The position numbers and the translations under genes are program-made. Of a stretch of 64,000 nucleotides of DNA, positions 24,656 through 39,046 are shown one piece after another; within the stretch, counting starts at the first letter, position 1; each line of letters begins with the position of its first letter. The notes under the pieces are model-generated. The model had not been told where the DNA came from. It was given only the letters and a program-made list of their open reading frames with translations, and did not search any database. Origin of the DNA: Octopus sinensis (taxonomy: Eukaryota); NCBI RefSeq assembly GCF_006345805.1, contig NC_043002.1, positions 101,122,001 through 101,186,000 of the forward strand. Reading direction: 5' to 3'.

Positions 24656-25236
24656 AATAATATTAATAACGATAATGATAATGGTGATGATGGTTTTTCT
24701 TTTATTTGCTCAAAAATGTGTGATACTAAATAAAAGTAATGTTGGTTGTGTTGTTAGAGATGATAGTTAGTTTTAGCCTTTAGCTAATTTGAATCTTTAA
24801 ATATCTCTTTACTAATTTGTACAAAAAGACGAAATTTACATCTACCTATTCTCTTGTCGTCCATATTAATTGGTAGAGCATTGTTTTTATTGTTTAATTT
24901 ACATTCAAATATACGTATAAAATGTTAAGAGAAATAATGTAGAACAACAACAACAACAAGAGCAAACACAGCAATAACAACAATAACAAAGCGACGTGAT
25001 GCCAAATAACGTTTGGAAAGTCTTCGTATCGATCAAATGTTTATCCAACCAGACCAGTGATGCCATCTGCCATAGTGAAAATGCCGGTTTTTATAAATAT
25101 AGAAAGACTTGCTATGAAATTTTATGATCATGCAATTTTAAAATTTCACTTAAAGTCGACAATCTTTTGGCATTAATTAAGAAACAAAGAGAAAAGAAGG
25201 GAAAAAGAGAGATGAAGGAGAATAAAAACACCAGGT

Positions 25237-25280
<44 letters not shown>

Positions 25281-26639
25281 ACAACACACCCACACATACA
25301 CACACACACATACACACACACACACATACACGTGCACACACACATACACACACACGCACGCACGCACAAAGCACGTAAGAAACACTATACTTTCAACGTC
25401 ACTTTATTAGGAATATTGAGTAGTAATTTCGCCTTTAGCGCTCAATGATTTTTAAATACAAAATGGCGCTAACGAGTGAAATGGCACAAGTAGAAGGAAA
25501 TAAATTAGGTTTTTCAGCATTAGAATAAATATAAAAAAAAAAAATAAATGCAATAACAAAAACAACTAAATAACGTTAAGCAACTAAAGGAAAACTTTTG
25601 TAGATATTTTCATAAATTTTAATATATTCTTTTATGTCATTTGATGAAGGAAAGGATGGAAGGATCGTAGCCTAAACACTACCAAAACCAGTGTCGGTGA
25701 GAAATGCATTTTTTATCTATTACCTATTTCAAGCATTAGACTGCGGCCATGAAGGGACACTGCCCTGAAGAATTTTTAGCCGAATGTATGGTCCCCAGTA
25801 TATATACATACATGTATTCAAGCACACAAACATACGTGTACGCACGCACACACACATACACATGTTTACACACGCACACATATGCGTATATATGCATATG
25901 TATGTATATCTAAAAAGCATTACTAACACAAACAACGGTGTCGCAGATTCAGTTCTACTACTACTACTACTACTACTACTACTGACAACGATGATGATGA
26001 TGATGATGTCAGGTGTGGGCACAAGGCCAATCCATTCTGAGGGGACAATTCTGCCGATGCCATCGACCTTAGTATTTCAGTTGATTATTTTATGGACCCA
26101 GGGAAGATGAAAGGAAAGTTAGCCGCTTCAGGATTTGAACACAGAGTATAAAGTGCCAGAATAAACCATGCAAGTTATTTTTCGACACTAACAATTCTCT
26201 CATTCTACCACCATAAAATCTCAAGTGACATTTTATTTCATCGATCCTGAAGGAACGAAAAGCAAAGTTGACCTCAGTGGGATTTGAGCTCAGAAGGTTA
26301 AGGTCCGGACGAAAAGCCGATAAGCATTTTCCCGATGTACTAACAGTTCTGCTGCTACTACACATAGATCTAACAATAAAGGCAATAATTGGCAATGGCG
26401 ATAGAAGACTGAAAAAGAGACTGTTCCCCGAAGAAGATTACAAGTGAGCAATGGACTCTTTGGAAAGTCGTTCAGCATGACAGAACATCGCTGAGGAAGT
26501 CCAGATCAAAGAGTGTGAACAGCGCTGGAAGTTGGTGCCACCCCTACCCTGCATAGGTTTGTGTAATCTCTGACTCTGTTAATATAACAATGACAAATAG
26601 TAAAAAATAAAAACAATAATATCAGTGATGATGAAAATA

Positions 26640-27740
26640 ATAATAATGAAAGGAATCGGATGGAGCCTCTCCGTGTCCTGATTAATGATACATCCATCCA
26701 GTGATGGTGTTGCAATAAAAACATTGGTAATTGCGCAACCTGATAATCGCTATCTCTATTATGAGTGACAATGAAAAAACAAAATATTGGGAATAACGGT
26801 GGTAATGAAACGGAAGCCATTGATGGTGACAGTGTTACACCCGGTGGGCTCAGAGATTCTGGTCCGGCTCCAGCCTGTCGATATCCAGAAAGGGACCACC
26901 ACACACGGCGTTGATGGAGCAAACAAATTAATGCTGTGATCATGGAGTGTTACTACCTGAGCAACCCGGTAGATGAAAATGGTGCTCAAATTAGGGGTTA
27001 TCGACAACGTATGTATGATCATTGGAGAGAAAAGAGATTGTTTCAACTCACGGAAGGGAGGTTATGTGATCAAGCTAGAGCAAAAAGGAAAAATTGTTGG
27101 TTCACAGAAGTAGAGCTTGAAGCTATCAGAAGACGGGTATTGGAAAATAGCAACAGATATAACAAGGAAAATACAGTTCTTACTAATAAGTATAATCCCA
27201 TAGCACAGGAAAGGAGCAGTGGTAGCTTACATGATGAGAGACATATAGATGATCTAAAAGAAGATAATAAATCTAATGGCGAAATGACAGATGAACAAAA
27301 GACAATCTACGATAGAACAAATGTAAGGCTACAGGAGAACTGGTCACTCCTCGCGGTGATATAGAGGATCTTCGTCGATGCCTCCACCAAATTTGGAGAT
27401 GCTCTAACGAATGGGACCTGTGTCTGAACGTGTCAAAGTGCTGTCATCTGCCTGTTGGCTCTCCTCCTGCAACTCAACTTGATTTCGACGTTATTTGCAA
27501 CCTTAAAAAGGTTGATCGATGGAAATTGAACCAAGAAACGAAAAATGTCAATGGAATTCTGAAATACATCAGAACAAAAACCATCACAGAAGCCAAAAAT
27601 TTGATCAAGGCAGCAAGTATTGTTGTAGCAGAAAATGTGGGTGTCGATGCCAAGAAAAAGAAACTTAATGGAAGTAACAAAAGAGGTGGAACACTTGCAG
27701 AAAGCAGCACTATTTGGAACCGCTCGAATACTCCATGAGA
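26640..27740 (+). mobile_element. 5' part of an R4/Dong-type LINE ORF, decayed
   Basis: WSKQINAVIMECYYLSNP..GYRQRMYDHW..LTEGRLCDQAR..WFTEVELEAI and LKKVDRWKLNQET..ILKYIRTKTITEAKNLIKAA. Confidence 0.75.
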
Positions 27741-27832
27741 TGCTCGAAAAATGAGGGGTGTTACCTTAGTTCCCTGGTAGTAAACAGCTTGAACCGTAGT
27801 ACATCTCTAACGTTAGAAGCTATGCAAAGACA

Positions 27833-27895
<63 letters not shown>

Positions 27896-28229
27896 AACAA
27901 TATCCCCTACCCCATAAAAATGCAGCACACCTCACCACACCCTACCCCACCAGCACAAAGGTGCAACAAAGTATGCAATAGAAAGTTGCTTGAAACTTTC
28001 AGATGTTGAAAATCAATAGAAGTGATGAGGATGGTGACGAACGTTACCTTACCTCAGTTTATGAAAGAGAGGTGTTTCCGATAAACTCTGGTTGTAACAG
28101 CGAAAATAAAGCTGGACCTTTGAGGAAAGTCCTCTCGCTCGGCATTGGATCAGTAAAGGTGCAGACTGACCACAGCTGCCATGTTAATACCGAGTCAGCA
28201 GATAATAGAATAAGGAGGAGGAAGTGAAC

Positions 28230-30640
28230 CATTGAAAAAAAAAAACAGGATAGTGATACAGTGCTACTTTGAAAGTGAACGTAAATGAACCTACAGAAAA
28301 CGGATGTTAACACTTTGGTTAGAGAAGGGCATGTTTAAATTGACAGAGCAGAGATTAGTTGATAAAGCTGATACTATTACAAGAAAATGGATGATAGAAT
28401 TGGATATAGAAGGGATCACAGGGGAACTGGAAAAGAAAGACCAGGCAGTGGGGAAGACAAACAACATAAGAGATAAATATCAAAATAAGAAGAACCTATA
28501 GGAAGAAATAGTAATAGCCCTACCAATAAGGAAGGGACAATTCTACCAATGACTTAAGTGATTTTACGTGAGGAAGATCACAGGATTTTAGGTGAGTTGC
28601 AGTGAGTAATGAGTATGAGTAAAGAAATAAGCAGTAAAAGGCACCAAGGGAAGGAAGCTGCTAGAAATGACTAGGAAATTAGATTCTGTTATCAGGAGGT
28701 ATAGATACTAAACATATAGGAGACTTGTTGATCTATGCAAGAGGTGTAGTAATCACCAGAAGGTTAAATGTCCCACAGGGAAAGATCAAAAAAGAGCAAA
28801 TGCGGAAAGGGGACTACAAAATCAGGTAAAAATTTTAAGACAAGATCTGACTAGAATAGAAGCCTGGCAACTCAACAAGTTACGAAAAACAAGATAAAAA
28901 TCTTCCTTCGAGAAAATATACTTAGACTAAGTGAAAGGATTTGGGGTAGTCATAGAAGAGTTGAAACAGCGTATCACAGCAGTAGCAGACAAAAGGATAG
29001 ATTAGTATCTACTGAATAGATTAGTTGAGACAGACCTGAGGAATTTTATAACCAAATGAATAGTGGAGAACGAAGTACTGAAGATGAGAAACCTAGTGTA
29101 GAGGAAGTTAGAATGCTCTGGAGTAATATTTGGGATAAACCAGTCAAATCATAATGGAGATGAACTATGGCTAAAGAAAGTGAGGGAAGAAGTAGTGAGT
29201 GAGATGCAGATAGATCTAAGGTTAGTGCATTAATAAGTAAAGTGTTCGGGAAAATACCGAACTGAAAGGGCCCAGAACCAGATTTAGTTCAAGGCAACTG
29301 GCTTCTGAAATTCAGTAGTTTACACGGGAGGCTGAGGGAACAACTTCATGATTAGCTTGATGGAGGAATAATACCAGATTGGAAGACTAGAGAGAGGACA
29401 ATACACATTATTGAAGATAAGAGCAAGAGTAATTCAGCTAGTAATTATAGACTAATCCCTTGCTTACCATTAATGTGGTGGAAGCTGTTAACAGGAATGC
29501 TTTCTGAAAGCATTTACTAGCACCTTGACAACCAGAATTTACTACCAGAAGAACAGAAAGGTTGTAGGAAGAATGTTAGAGGAAGGTATGATCTATTATA
29601 TATAGACAAATCAGTTCCAAATGAAGTAAAAGCCAGAAAAAGAATAGGAAAGATTATAGGAAAGCCTGTGACATGATCCCATGTTCATGGAGAAGTGAAT
29701 GTTTGAGTATATTCAGTATAACAGACTACATAAGAGAATTAATTAGCTTTAGCAAGAAGAAATGGAAGGTAGATATCTACTCAGTTGACACACTCTTAGG
29801 GAGAGTTAATATCAAAATAGGAATTTTCTAGTGGGACTCGTTGTCGCCTTTAATATTTATCTTATGTTTGATCCCCTTCAGTTTAGTATCGAGGAGGGCA
29901 TAGGCAGGGTACATGTCTAGAAATAGTAAGGGAGAAATTAACTAGATACTCTACATGGAAGATCTGAAACATTTTAGTAAGAATGAAAAAGAGATAAATT
30001 CCTTAATACAGATCGAAAGACTCTTCAGCAAGGATGAAGGCATGGAATTTGGCACAGATAAGTGTGCAATATTAGTCATGAGAAGGGGACAGGTAGTCAA
30101 CAGCGAAGGCATCGAATTACCAGATGCCCTGACATTAAAATCATTGAAAGGAGGAGTGAGTTATAAGCATCTAGGTGTATTAGAATATGACAGAGCACTA
30201 ACTACAGAAATGTAAACGAAAATTAAGAAGGTGTACATCAGAAGTGTGAGGAAGCTAATGAAGTCAAAGCTAAATGGTCCGAATCTAGAGAAGGCTGAAA
30301 ATACTTGGACAGTATTATTACTTAGATTCTCAACAGCTTTTGTAGAGTGGATAAAATCTGAATTAGGAAAGCTAGACAGCAGGACTAAGGAGGAATTCAA
30401 TATGAATGGAGGCCGCCACAGAAGAGGAGGAGTAGAAATATTATACGTACCTAGAAAGGAAGGTGGACGAGGGTTAATATCAGTAGACGACTACGTGGTA
30501 TTAGGTAGAGTAGATAAAGATATAAACAGATGGATGGAGGAAATAGCTACATACCCAATTTAGTAGAGCTGCAAAAAACAGTGTTATTAGGGACAGGTAG
30601 GATACTTTGGAGGGTTTTGGCATCTAAGTTTATTTGTAGC
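28230..30640 (+). mobile_element. Second R4/Dong-type LINE with RT domain, internally deleted and decayed
   Basis: YRKRMLTLWLEKGMFKLTEQRL; NYRLIPCLPLMW.KLLTG; EEQKGCRK; DSLSPLIFILCLIP; LYMEDLK..FGTDKC; RKEGGRGL; LQKTVLLGTGRILWRVL; followed by (CTA)n(TAA)n. Confidence 0.85.
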
Positions 30641-30698
30641 CCGATGCTAGGATTTTTTCTTTTCCAACAGTCCAATCTGATGAGTATTTATGAAAATG

Positions 30699-30779
<81 letters not shown>

Positions 30780-31464
30780 TGATAATAATAATAATTATAA
30801 TAATAATAATAGTAATAATAATGGTTTCAGATTTTGGCACAAGGCCCGTATTTCTAGGTGGGGGTGGGGAGGACTAGTCAATTACATCGACTTCAGTGCT
30901 CATCTGGTATTTGTTTTATCGACGCCCAAAGTATGAAAGACAAAGTTGACCTCGGTAGAGGTTTAATTTAGAAAGTAAACAACAAAAGCAATGATAATAT
31001 CTTCAGTACTTCAAATTATGATAAAAATTGGTATTAAAAGAGAAAATGGCCAAGACGTTTTAAATGAAAATCCTAGCTCCGAGAAATTTTATAATGACCT
31101 TCATTGTGATATTTGTAAACCAATTTATTTGTGACGTCAAAAAAAAAAAAAATGATTGCTATTTCAATGACACTCTTTAGGCAAATTTCCCCTCGAAGGA
31201 AACAAATTAAAAAAAAAAAATTGTTCTTTATTTGTCCCTCTAGGTTTTTCAACGTTTAATCTTCTCTTACTTAAAATGTGAAAAAACGACGAAGTTATGG
31301 ATGAAAAAATCGTCTAGCAATTTTTTTTTTTTTAGAATTTTATTGTTTTATTTAAGTTCATTATGATAAGAATGAAAATGGATGCTAAAATAATTGTTAA
31401 AGGTAGCCTCTTCCTTAGTCATCTACAATGATGTCCCATTCACTCTTTGCATCCGAAATGTATA

Positions 31465-31702
31465 TACTCTTTACTCTTTTACTTGTTTCAGTCATTTGAC
31501 TGCGGCCATGCTGGAGCACCGCCTTTAGTCGAGCAAATCGACCCCGGGACTTATTCTTTGTAAGCCAGTACTTATTCTATCGGTTTTTTTTGCCGAACCG
31601 CTAAGTAAGGGGGACGGGGGACGTAAACACACCAGCATCGGTTGTCAAGCAATGCTAGGGGAACAAACACAAAACACAAAACACACACATAATATATATA
31701 TA

Positions 31703-31780
<78 letters not shown>

Positions 31781-31944
31781 GACAGGATTCTTTCAGTTTC
31801 CGTCTACCAAATTCCACTCACAAGGCATTGGTCGGCCCGGGGCTATAGCAGAAGACACTTGCCCAAGATGCCACGCAGTGGGACTGAACCCGGAACCATG
31901 TGGTTGGTTAGCAAGCTACTTACCACACACCCACTCCTGCGCCT
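31465..31944 (-). mobile_element. SINE family A, full length
   Basis: Same head, body and tail as 11616-12066. Confidence 0.92.
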
Positions 31945-32632
31945 ATATGCAAATATAAAGATAAATTACCGCATTTACTGACGAATAATACGTTCTCTCG
32001 CACAAGACGCACTTTTCCATAAGATCCACTCCTATTTTTTAAGTATATTTTGTGGTAGAAAACAGATTTATTGTTCCATCACACACATTAAGAGAGATAT
32101 TTTAAAGTGTGTTTTTTTTTGTACTGGAAAATTTATGATTCTGTGTGTGTAATGCTGTAACAGTAAAGTAGAATAAAGTGTGAAACCGTAAATTTATGAT
32201 AAATACTTTACGTTCTTCAATTTTATCTTTCAGATCAACCGCATGGTTATCTATGTTCCCATCAGTAGGAAAATTCCATAAGCAAACACCTAGACCAATG
32301 CCCCGTAAACATAAACCCAAAATATCAAATCTTCCCTCACTGTCAATGCCCCGGAAACGCTTCAATCCAATTCCGTTTAAATAAGGAAATCATACTCATT
32401 AAAAAATATAAACCACACCTGAATATTCTTTAGAAAGAAGAAAAAACACTAAAGAGAAAAAGAAAAAAAAAAGACTTAATTTCTCCACAAAAAGACAACT
32501 AGGAACAACAAACAATTTAAAAAAACAACTTTAGTAACAGCCTTCCACCCTGGTTTTGAAACCGCAATTCCTAATCACCATACAATAACACCACACAAAC
32601 ATCAATTGCAGACGTCACCGATCTCTAGAGTC

Positions 32633-32851
32633 TAGAGGTTTTCAACCAGGGTTCCGCGGAACCTTAGGGTTTCGCCAGTACAGTCAAGGGGTTTCGCAAG
32701 AAGTTACAAAACTGCTAAAATCGGCAGTAATTTTAAATTCTCCTGTGCAGATATGTGTGTATAAAACTATTAAATTATTGCATAGGGGTTCTCCGAGCTA
32801 GTGGAATGTTTCCTTGGGGTTCCGCTCCAGCAAAAAGTTTGAAAAGCACTG
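32633..32851. mobile_element. hAT (Charlie-type) MITE
   Basis: TIRs (ta)gaggttttcaacc / tttgaaaagcactg; flanks CTCTAGAG and CTCTAGAC match the NTCTAGAN target. Confidence 0.75.
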
Positions 32852-33947
32852 CTCTAGACCAATCAAAAACGAACTTCAGCAAATACAAAATAAACAAAAA
32901 TGACCCTTTAAGAGAATAAACCAGCCGGAACGACTGATGACCGTTCCCTACAGAGAAGCCAACCAGGCAGAACGACACACTTTAAAGAATCAAAAATCAG
33001 AACCGGTCGCGGAAAATTTATAAATAAACCGGATTCGAAAACACACCGCTATAAGCGAAAGTTCCTTCACACGACGGAAAGAGGGGATCAGAGGAAACTG
33101 GAAACTAAATCATTTTTTACTATCTTTATTTCTTCCTTGTTTCTCCCTCTTAACTCAATACAGTCAACAACTATTGAAAAGGTTGCAAGACACAACGAAA
33201 ATTTTAGAAAAATAAAAAAAAGTAAATGAATGGAAATGTTACCGCTGAGTGTGTTAAATTACAAGACACTAAAAGAGAATGACTCCCAGACACAACAGAA
33301 TATGCTTCAACACACGAACTCACATAAAAATTCTTGCAAAGCAAATCCCCAAAACGAATATATATATATATATATATATAATACACACACATATATATAC
33401 ATATATATATCATATATATATATACATATATGTATATATATGTATGATATTATTATATATATATATCATATATACATATATATATACACATATATACATA
33501 TATATATAGATAGATATACACACGTATATACACACACACACACACCACACACAATACACATATATATATAAATATATATATATATATACATATCATATAT
33601 ATATATATATATATAATATGAATATATATATATATCATACATATATATATACATATATACATATATATGTATATATGATATATATATATGTATATATGTA
33701 TATATATATATAAAAGTAATTTTAGAGACAGAACCACCTTCACCCCCCAATCAACACTGAAAGGTTGGGTAGTAATAAACAGTCGACATCTGATGAGAGA
33801 CCTATCTTCTTTTGGCATTACGTCTTGTACTTTTGTCTCGTGTGTTTACGCATTTTTCACAGGATGGTGATGTCTTGTACTTAATGTGTATTTTTTTATA
33901 TAGTTTTAATTGAACACCACGCAGAGTTGTTACAGTAAGTTATTACA

Positions 33948-34046
<99 letters not shown>

Positions 34047-34129
34047 GCGTGTGTGTGTGTGGTGTGTGTGTGTTTATATATATGCATATTTTCTCTCCTT
34101 GTTTCTCTCCTTATTTTTTACTGTGTCCC

Positions 34130-34163
34130 TTTCTGTAGAAGAGCGTAGGCTCGAAACGTAAAA
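34130..34163 (+). ncRNA. Hammerhead motif with a core mutation (CUGUAGA), same family as 15390
   Basis: ttt-CTGTAGA-A-GAGC GTAG GCTC-GAAA-C-GT-A-aaa; A6 to U is likely inactivating. Confidence 0.6.
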
Positions 34164-34232
34164 GACTTGTATACCAATACATCTGTTTGTTTGTACACCA
34201 CCTGTCTTCACCTTTGTTTTTTCGTAAACTCT

Positions 34233-34368
34233 CATATATATATATATATATATATAGTATATAATATATATATGTATAGATATATATATATGTATATATA
34301 TATATGTATAGATATATATATATATGTATATATATATATGTATATATATATATGTATATATATATATG

Positions 34369-34433
<65 letters not shown>

Positions 34434-34466
34434 GTTATATATATAATATGTATATATATATATGTG

Positions 34467-34498
<32 letters not shown>

Positions 34499-34673
34499 GT
34501 ATATATATATATGTATATATATATATGTATATATATATATGTATATATATATATGATATATTATATATATATATATGTATATATATAGTATATATATATA
34601 TGTATATATATATATAATATATATATATATATGTATATATATATGTATATATATATATGTATATATATATATG

Positions 34674-34720
<47 letters not shown>

Positions 34721-34824
34721 GTATATATATAATATATATATGTATATATATATGTATATAATATATATATGTATATATATATAATATATATATATATGTA
34801 TAATATATATGTATATATATATAG

Positions 34825-34917
<93 letters not shown>

Positions 34918-34929
34918 TATATAGATATA

Positions 34930-34992
<63 letters not shown>

Positions 34993-35014
34993 ATATATAT
35001 ATATATATATTATA

Positions 35015-35047
<33 letters not shown>

Positions 35048-35057
35048 TACATGTATA

Positions 35058-35090
<33 letters not shown>

Positions 35091-35092
35091 AT

Positions 35093-35149
<57 letters not shown>

Positions 35150-35153
35150 TATA

Positions 35154-35184
<31 letters not shown>

Positions 35185-35186
35185 TG
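34233..35186. repeat. About 950 bp (TA)n-based microsatellite
   Basis: Direct reading. Confidence 0.97.
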
Positions 35187-38100
35187 CGAGGTGATTGCGG
35201 CTGCGCTGAAGAGCAGAGGCTACAAGAGGACAGCGGCTCAGATGGAGCGAAAGAGACGGGAATTCGTGCGCTCATATGCGCTTGTACGGTCGCACATTGG
35301 CGCACTTGATGCCATCTTTGAGAACGAGCGAGGCAAAGATGACAAGAATGGAGACGATGAAAAGAAGTCACCCCCACCTGGTGGATGCCCGTGAGGAGGT
35401 TTTGAATGAGAAACCTGCCGGGAAGTGACCCAGGTGCAAGTTCTCCAACCGGCAGCAAAGGCCATGGAGACGGAGAACCCGGTGAAGAGGTAGAGGGAGG
35501 AGGAAGAACTAAAAGAAGGGCTGGTAGAGCTAAAGGAAAAGCTCAAGCAGGACCAAGGGTGAAAAAACCAGGAATAGAAGTGGAACCGCAAAAGATGGAA
35601 ACGGACAGCGCACACAGGTGTGTAGGTTCTACCTGAGAGGTTCCTGCTGGCATGGAAAGGAAGTGCAGGCTGCCGCTTTGCACATCGGGGACCCTGCCAC
35701 AGAGACACGAGGCAGATGGACAAGCCATCAACACAAGGAAAAGGGATGGACCACGCACCACTTGCCCCAAAGCGGAGGTACGCAGATGTTGTGCGTGCCA
35801 CAAACCACCAACATGATGTTGTCGAAAGGGCAGCTGCTGAGCAACAATCTTTTTTGTGCATGGCACAAAAGATTGTACAGCAGCTGACCTGGCTTCATCA
35901 AACCCAAGCCCGCAGGTGGGACTACCCACTTATACCAGACCCACCACCACAGCAAACAGACCCAGGATGGACAACCACCGGCAACAACGTACACCTCACC
36001 TCGATGCTCCTACTGAACATCAGAGGACTGCAACACTCAGTAACAGGACAAAAATCCCGTCCCTGAGAGATTTTGTTGCATGCAATCAAGCCTTATGCAT
36101 AGCACTAACGGAAACGCACCTGAAACCGGATATATAGTAGATGCGGAGTTACACATACCACAGTAGCTGTACTACGGACCGACAGGAAAGAAAGGAGTCA
36201 TGGAGGTGTTGCTATGTACATCCGTGAGGACCTCACACCCCAGGTCCTCTTGTCATACTCAAAACTCGGTGTGTGACACACTAATTGTACATATTAGGCA
36301 ACTTGATGTGGTTGTGTGTGCTACTAATATCGCCCTCCAGATGCCCCAAGCCATGTGGGCAAGTTTGAAGACTGCCTTATAAAAATAGAAGAGTTCTAAC
36401 CACATTAGAACAACATAAGTGTACTTCTTATGGGAGACTTCAATCTGCCAAATGTCAGATGGCCCGAGGGCCTTTCTCTCCCAGGAATGACAAGATGTGA
36501 ACGAGGACAGGCGAGGTCCCTCCTGAATCTCATCAACACCCTGTACATGGAGCAGGTAATACTCCAACCACCAGGGCAGGTAACACACTGGATCTCTGCT
36601 TCACAAATGACATGGATCTCATCCATAATGTGAAAGTGACACCGACACTACTCTCGGATCACAACATGATAGAGCTGACCATGTACGGGCCAAAAGAGAG
36701 CACGGACATGCAGCCTACAAGAAACCCCCAGAATCTTTCCAGCTTGAACTCCATAAGGCAAACTGGAAATAAATTGAGAAAGAGATCCTCAAACAAAACT
36801 GCCTAAATGTCTCTCCTCGCCAGACATCGACGTGAAACTTCAACAATTCATGTCTGTAATGCAAGCCATATGCTACAAATATGTCCCAGAGAGAAAGCCA
36901 CTGTACACAAGAACAAAATCCCCAGAGAGAGGAAAATTCTTATGAGACGGCGTACAAAATTTTCAAATCGCCTAAACAACAGATTGAAAGCAGTGAAAAG
37001 TCCGCCTAAAAATAAAACTGTTGGAAATCGAAAATGTCTGAAACTCTCCCATGAAAAGGAAAGAGAGCAGACAAAGAAGCCTGGGCTATAGACAACATAA
37101 AATCTAACCCCGAGCTTTCTACAGGTATGCAAAGAAACAGCTACGGTGCACTGTAGGATAGGGCCACTCCTCGAAAAGGATGGCACACTTACAGGAAAAC
37201 CAATGAGGGTAAGTGAAATACTGAATGAGCAATTCAAGAGTGTTTTCACTCCACCCTTGGGCATCTCCAAATCACCAATCCACTGACTTTTTTTACCACT
37301 GCAGATATAAAATCAGAGGCGGCGACGATAGATTACATCGATATAAAGGAAGACGATGTAATCAAGGCTATAGATGAAATGAAAAACAGACTCAGCTACT
37401 GGCCCCGATGGATTCCCGGCAATCCTCCTAAAAGCATGTAAGAGAGTCCTAGCAAGACCACTGCAGTTCCTCTTTCAGAGCTTCCTTGCAGCTGGCAAAC
37501 TTCCAAGAAAACTGAAGGAAGGTAAAAATGCCCCATTCATAAGTAGGTAGCAGAGCGGAAGCCAAGAACTATAGACCTATCTCTCTGACCTCACACATCA
37601 GCAAGGTCATGGAACGAATAGTCAGAAGGAAGCTGATCACCTTCCTTGAAGAAAATGACTTGCTGCCCGACACCCAACATGGTTTCCGACCAGGGAGAAG
37701 CTGTTTAACTCAGCTCCTACAACACTATGACTGGGTGCTGAAACGGCTGCTCAACCACTCAAATGGAAAGTGATATATCTCGACTTTGCAAAGGCCTTTG
37801 ATAAAGTCGATCATGGAATGATATGTCACAAACTGCGTGATCTCAACATAGTTGGAAAACTGGGAGAATGGCTTCATGACTTTCTGAAAGATAGAAGTCA
37901 GGTGGTAGTGGCCAATGTGGCCACTTCCATTAACACGCAAATAGTGAGCGGTGTTCCGCAGGGCACTGTTCTGGGACCACTACTGTTTCTAATGCCCTCC
38001 CCTCAGACATGCCCTCAGCCACGCAGAGAGCCACGATCACAAGTTATGCAGATGATACAAGTTTCACAGGCAATACAGAACCCTGAGGACACTAAACACC

Positions 38101-39046
38101 TGCAATGTGAGCTAGACAAAATATACAAGTGGGCCGAAAAGAATAGCATGCAGTTCAATGCTGAAAAGTTTCAAGCTCTCTATACTATCAGCATGCAAAA
38201 CTAAATGCAATACCCAATGAATCCACTGGACCCGGAGGAATAGCAATCCCAGAGGCACAATCAGTGCGTGACCTATGTATTTACATGAGTGATGACGCGA
38301 CCTTTCGTGTACATGTTGCTAAATTGGCAATGAAATGTAGACGACTGGCCGGATGGATCCTCAGAACCTTTAGAACAAGAGAACAAGAAACCATGATGGT
38401 CCTCTGGAGGACACTTGTCCTAAGCCACTTTGACTACTGCTCTCAGTTATGGTCACCATCCAGTGTCAAGTTGATCACAGAGCTCGAGGCGATCCAACGT
38501 AGCTACACGAAGAAGATAGCCTCTATGCAGAATGTAAGCTACTGGGAAGACTCAGGAAATTAAAATTATATTCCCTGGAGCGTAGGCGGGAAGATATGCC
38601 ATAATATACATCTGGAAGATCCGGAGGAAAGTGTCCTGAACTTTGGCATCGAGAGTTACGCAAATGCCAGAACGGGCGCCACTGCGTGGGTGCTAGGACT
38701 CCAACTTGCCATCAAGATGTAGGACAGATTCTGTGATAGCCTGGGCTTCCGAGCCCACAGGTCTTCAATATCCTCCCGAAGAACCTGAGAGACCTGCATT
38801 GGGTGGATCATATGTCTTAAAATGAAGCTGGATCTCTTCCTGTCAGGTGTCCCAGATGAACCAACTTCACGGCAGGAGGGGCAGATGAGGGCAGCTGCAT
38901 CGAACTCTCTCATGCACCAAATAGCAGCTGCTAGAAAGCCTTCATGAAGTGAAACCAGTAGCAACACCAGATGGCGGTGCCCCAGCATGGCCACAGCTCA
39001 TAAGCTGAAACTGGAAAAATCAAAATCAAAATCAAAATCAAAATCA
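35187..39046 (+). mobile_element. Near full-length CR1/L2-group LINE (ORF1: Myb/trihelix-like plus CCCH; ORF2: APE endonuclease plus RT), frameshifted
   Basis: EN: LLLNIRGL, ALTETHL, GGVAMY, MGDFNLP, SDHNMI. RT: KNYRPISLTS, QHGFRPGRSC, YLDFAKAFDKVDH, SGVPQGTVLGPLLFL. C-terminal LSHFDYCSQLWSP; (AAATC)n tail. Confidence 0.93.

Noticed and set aside
30672-30705. CTGATGA...GAAA in a LINE 3' UTR as a hammerhead
   Set aside because: Stem II is too short to close and stem I does not pair.
32925-32947. CTGATGA in a hairpin loop (hammerhead or C box); similar motif at 33790
   Set aside because: No downstream GAAA/stem III and no D box in a suitable position.
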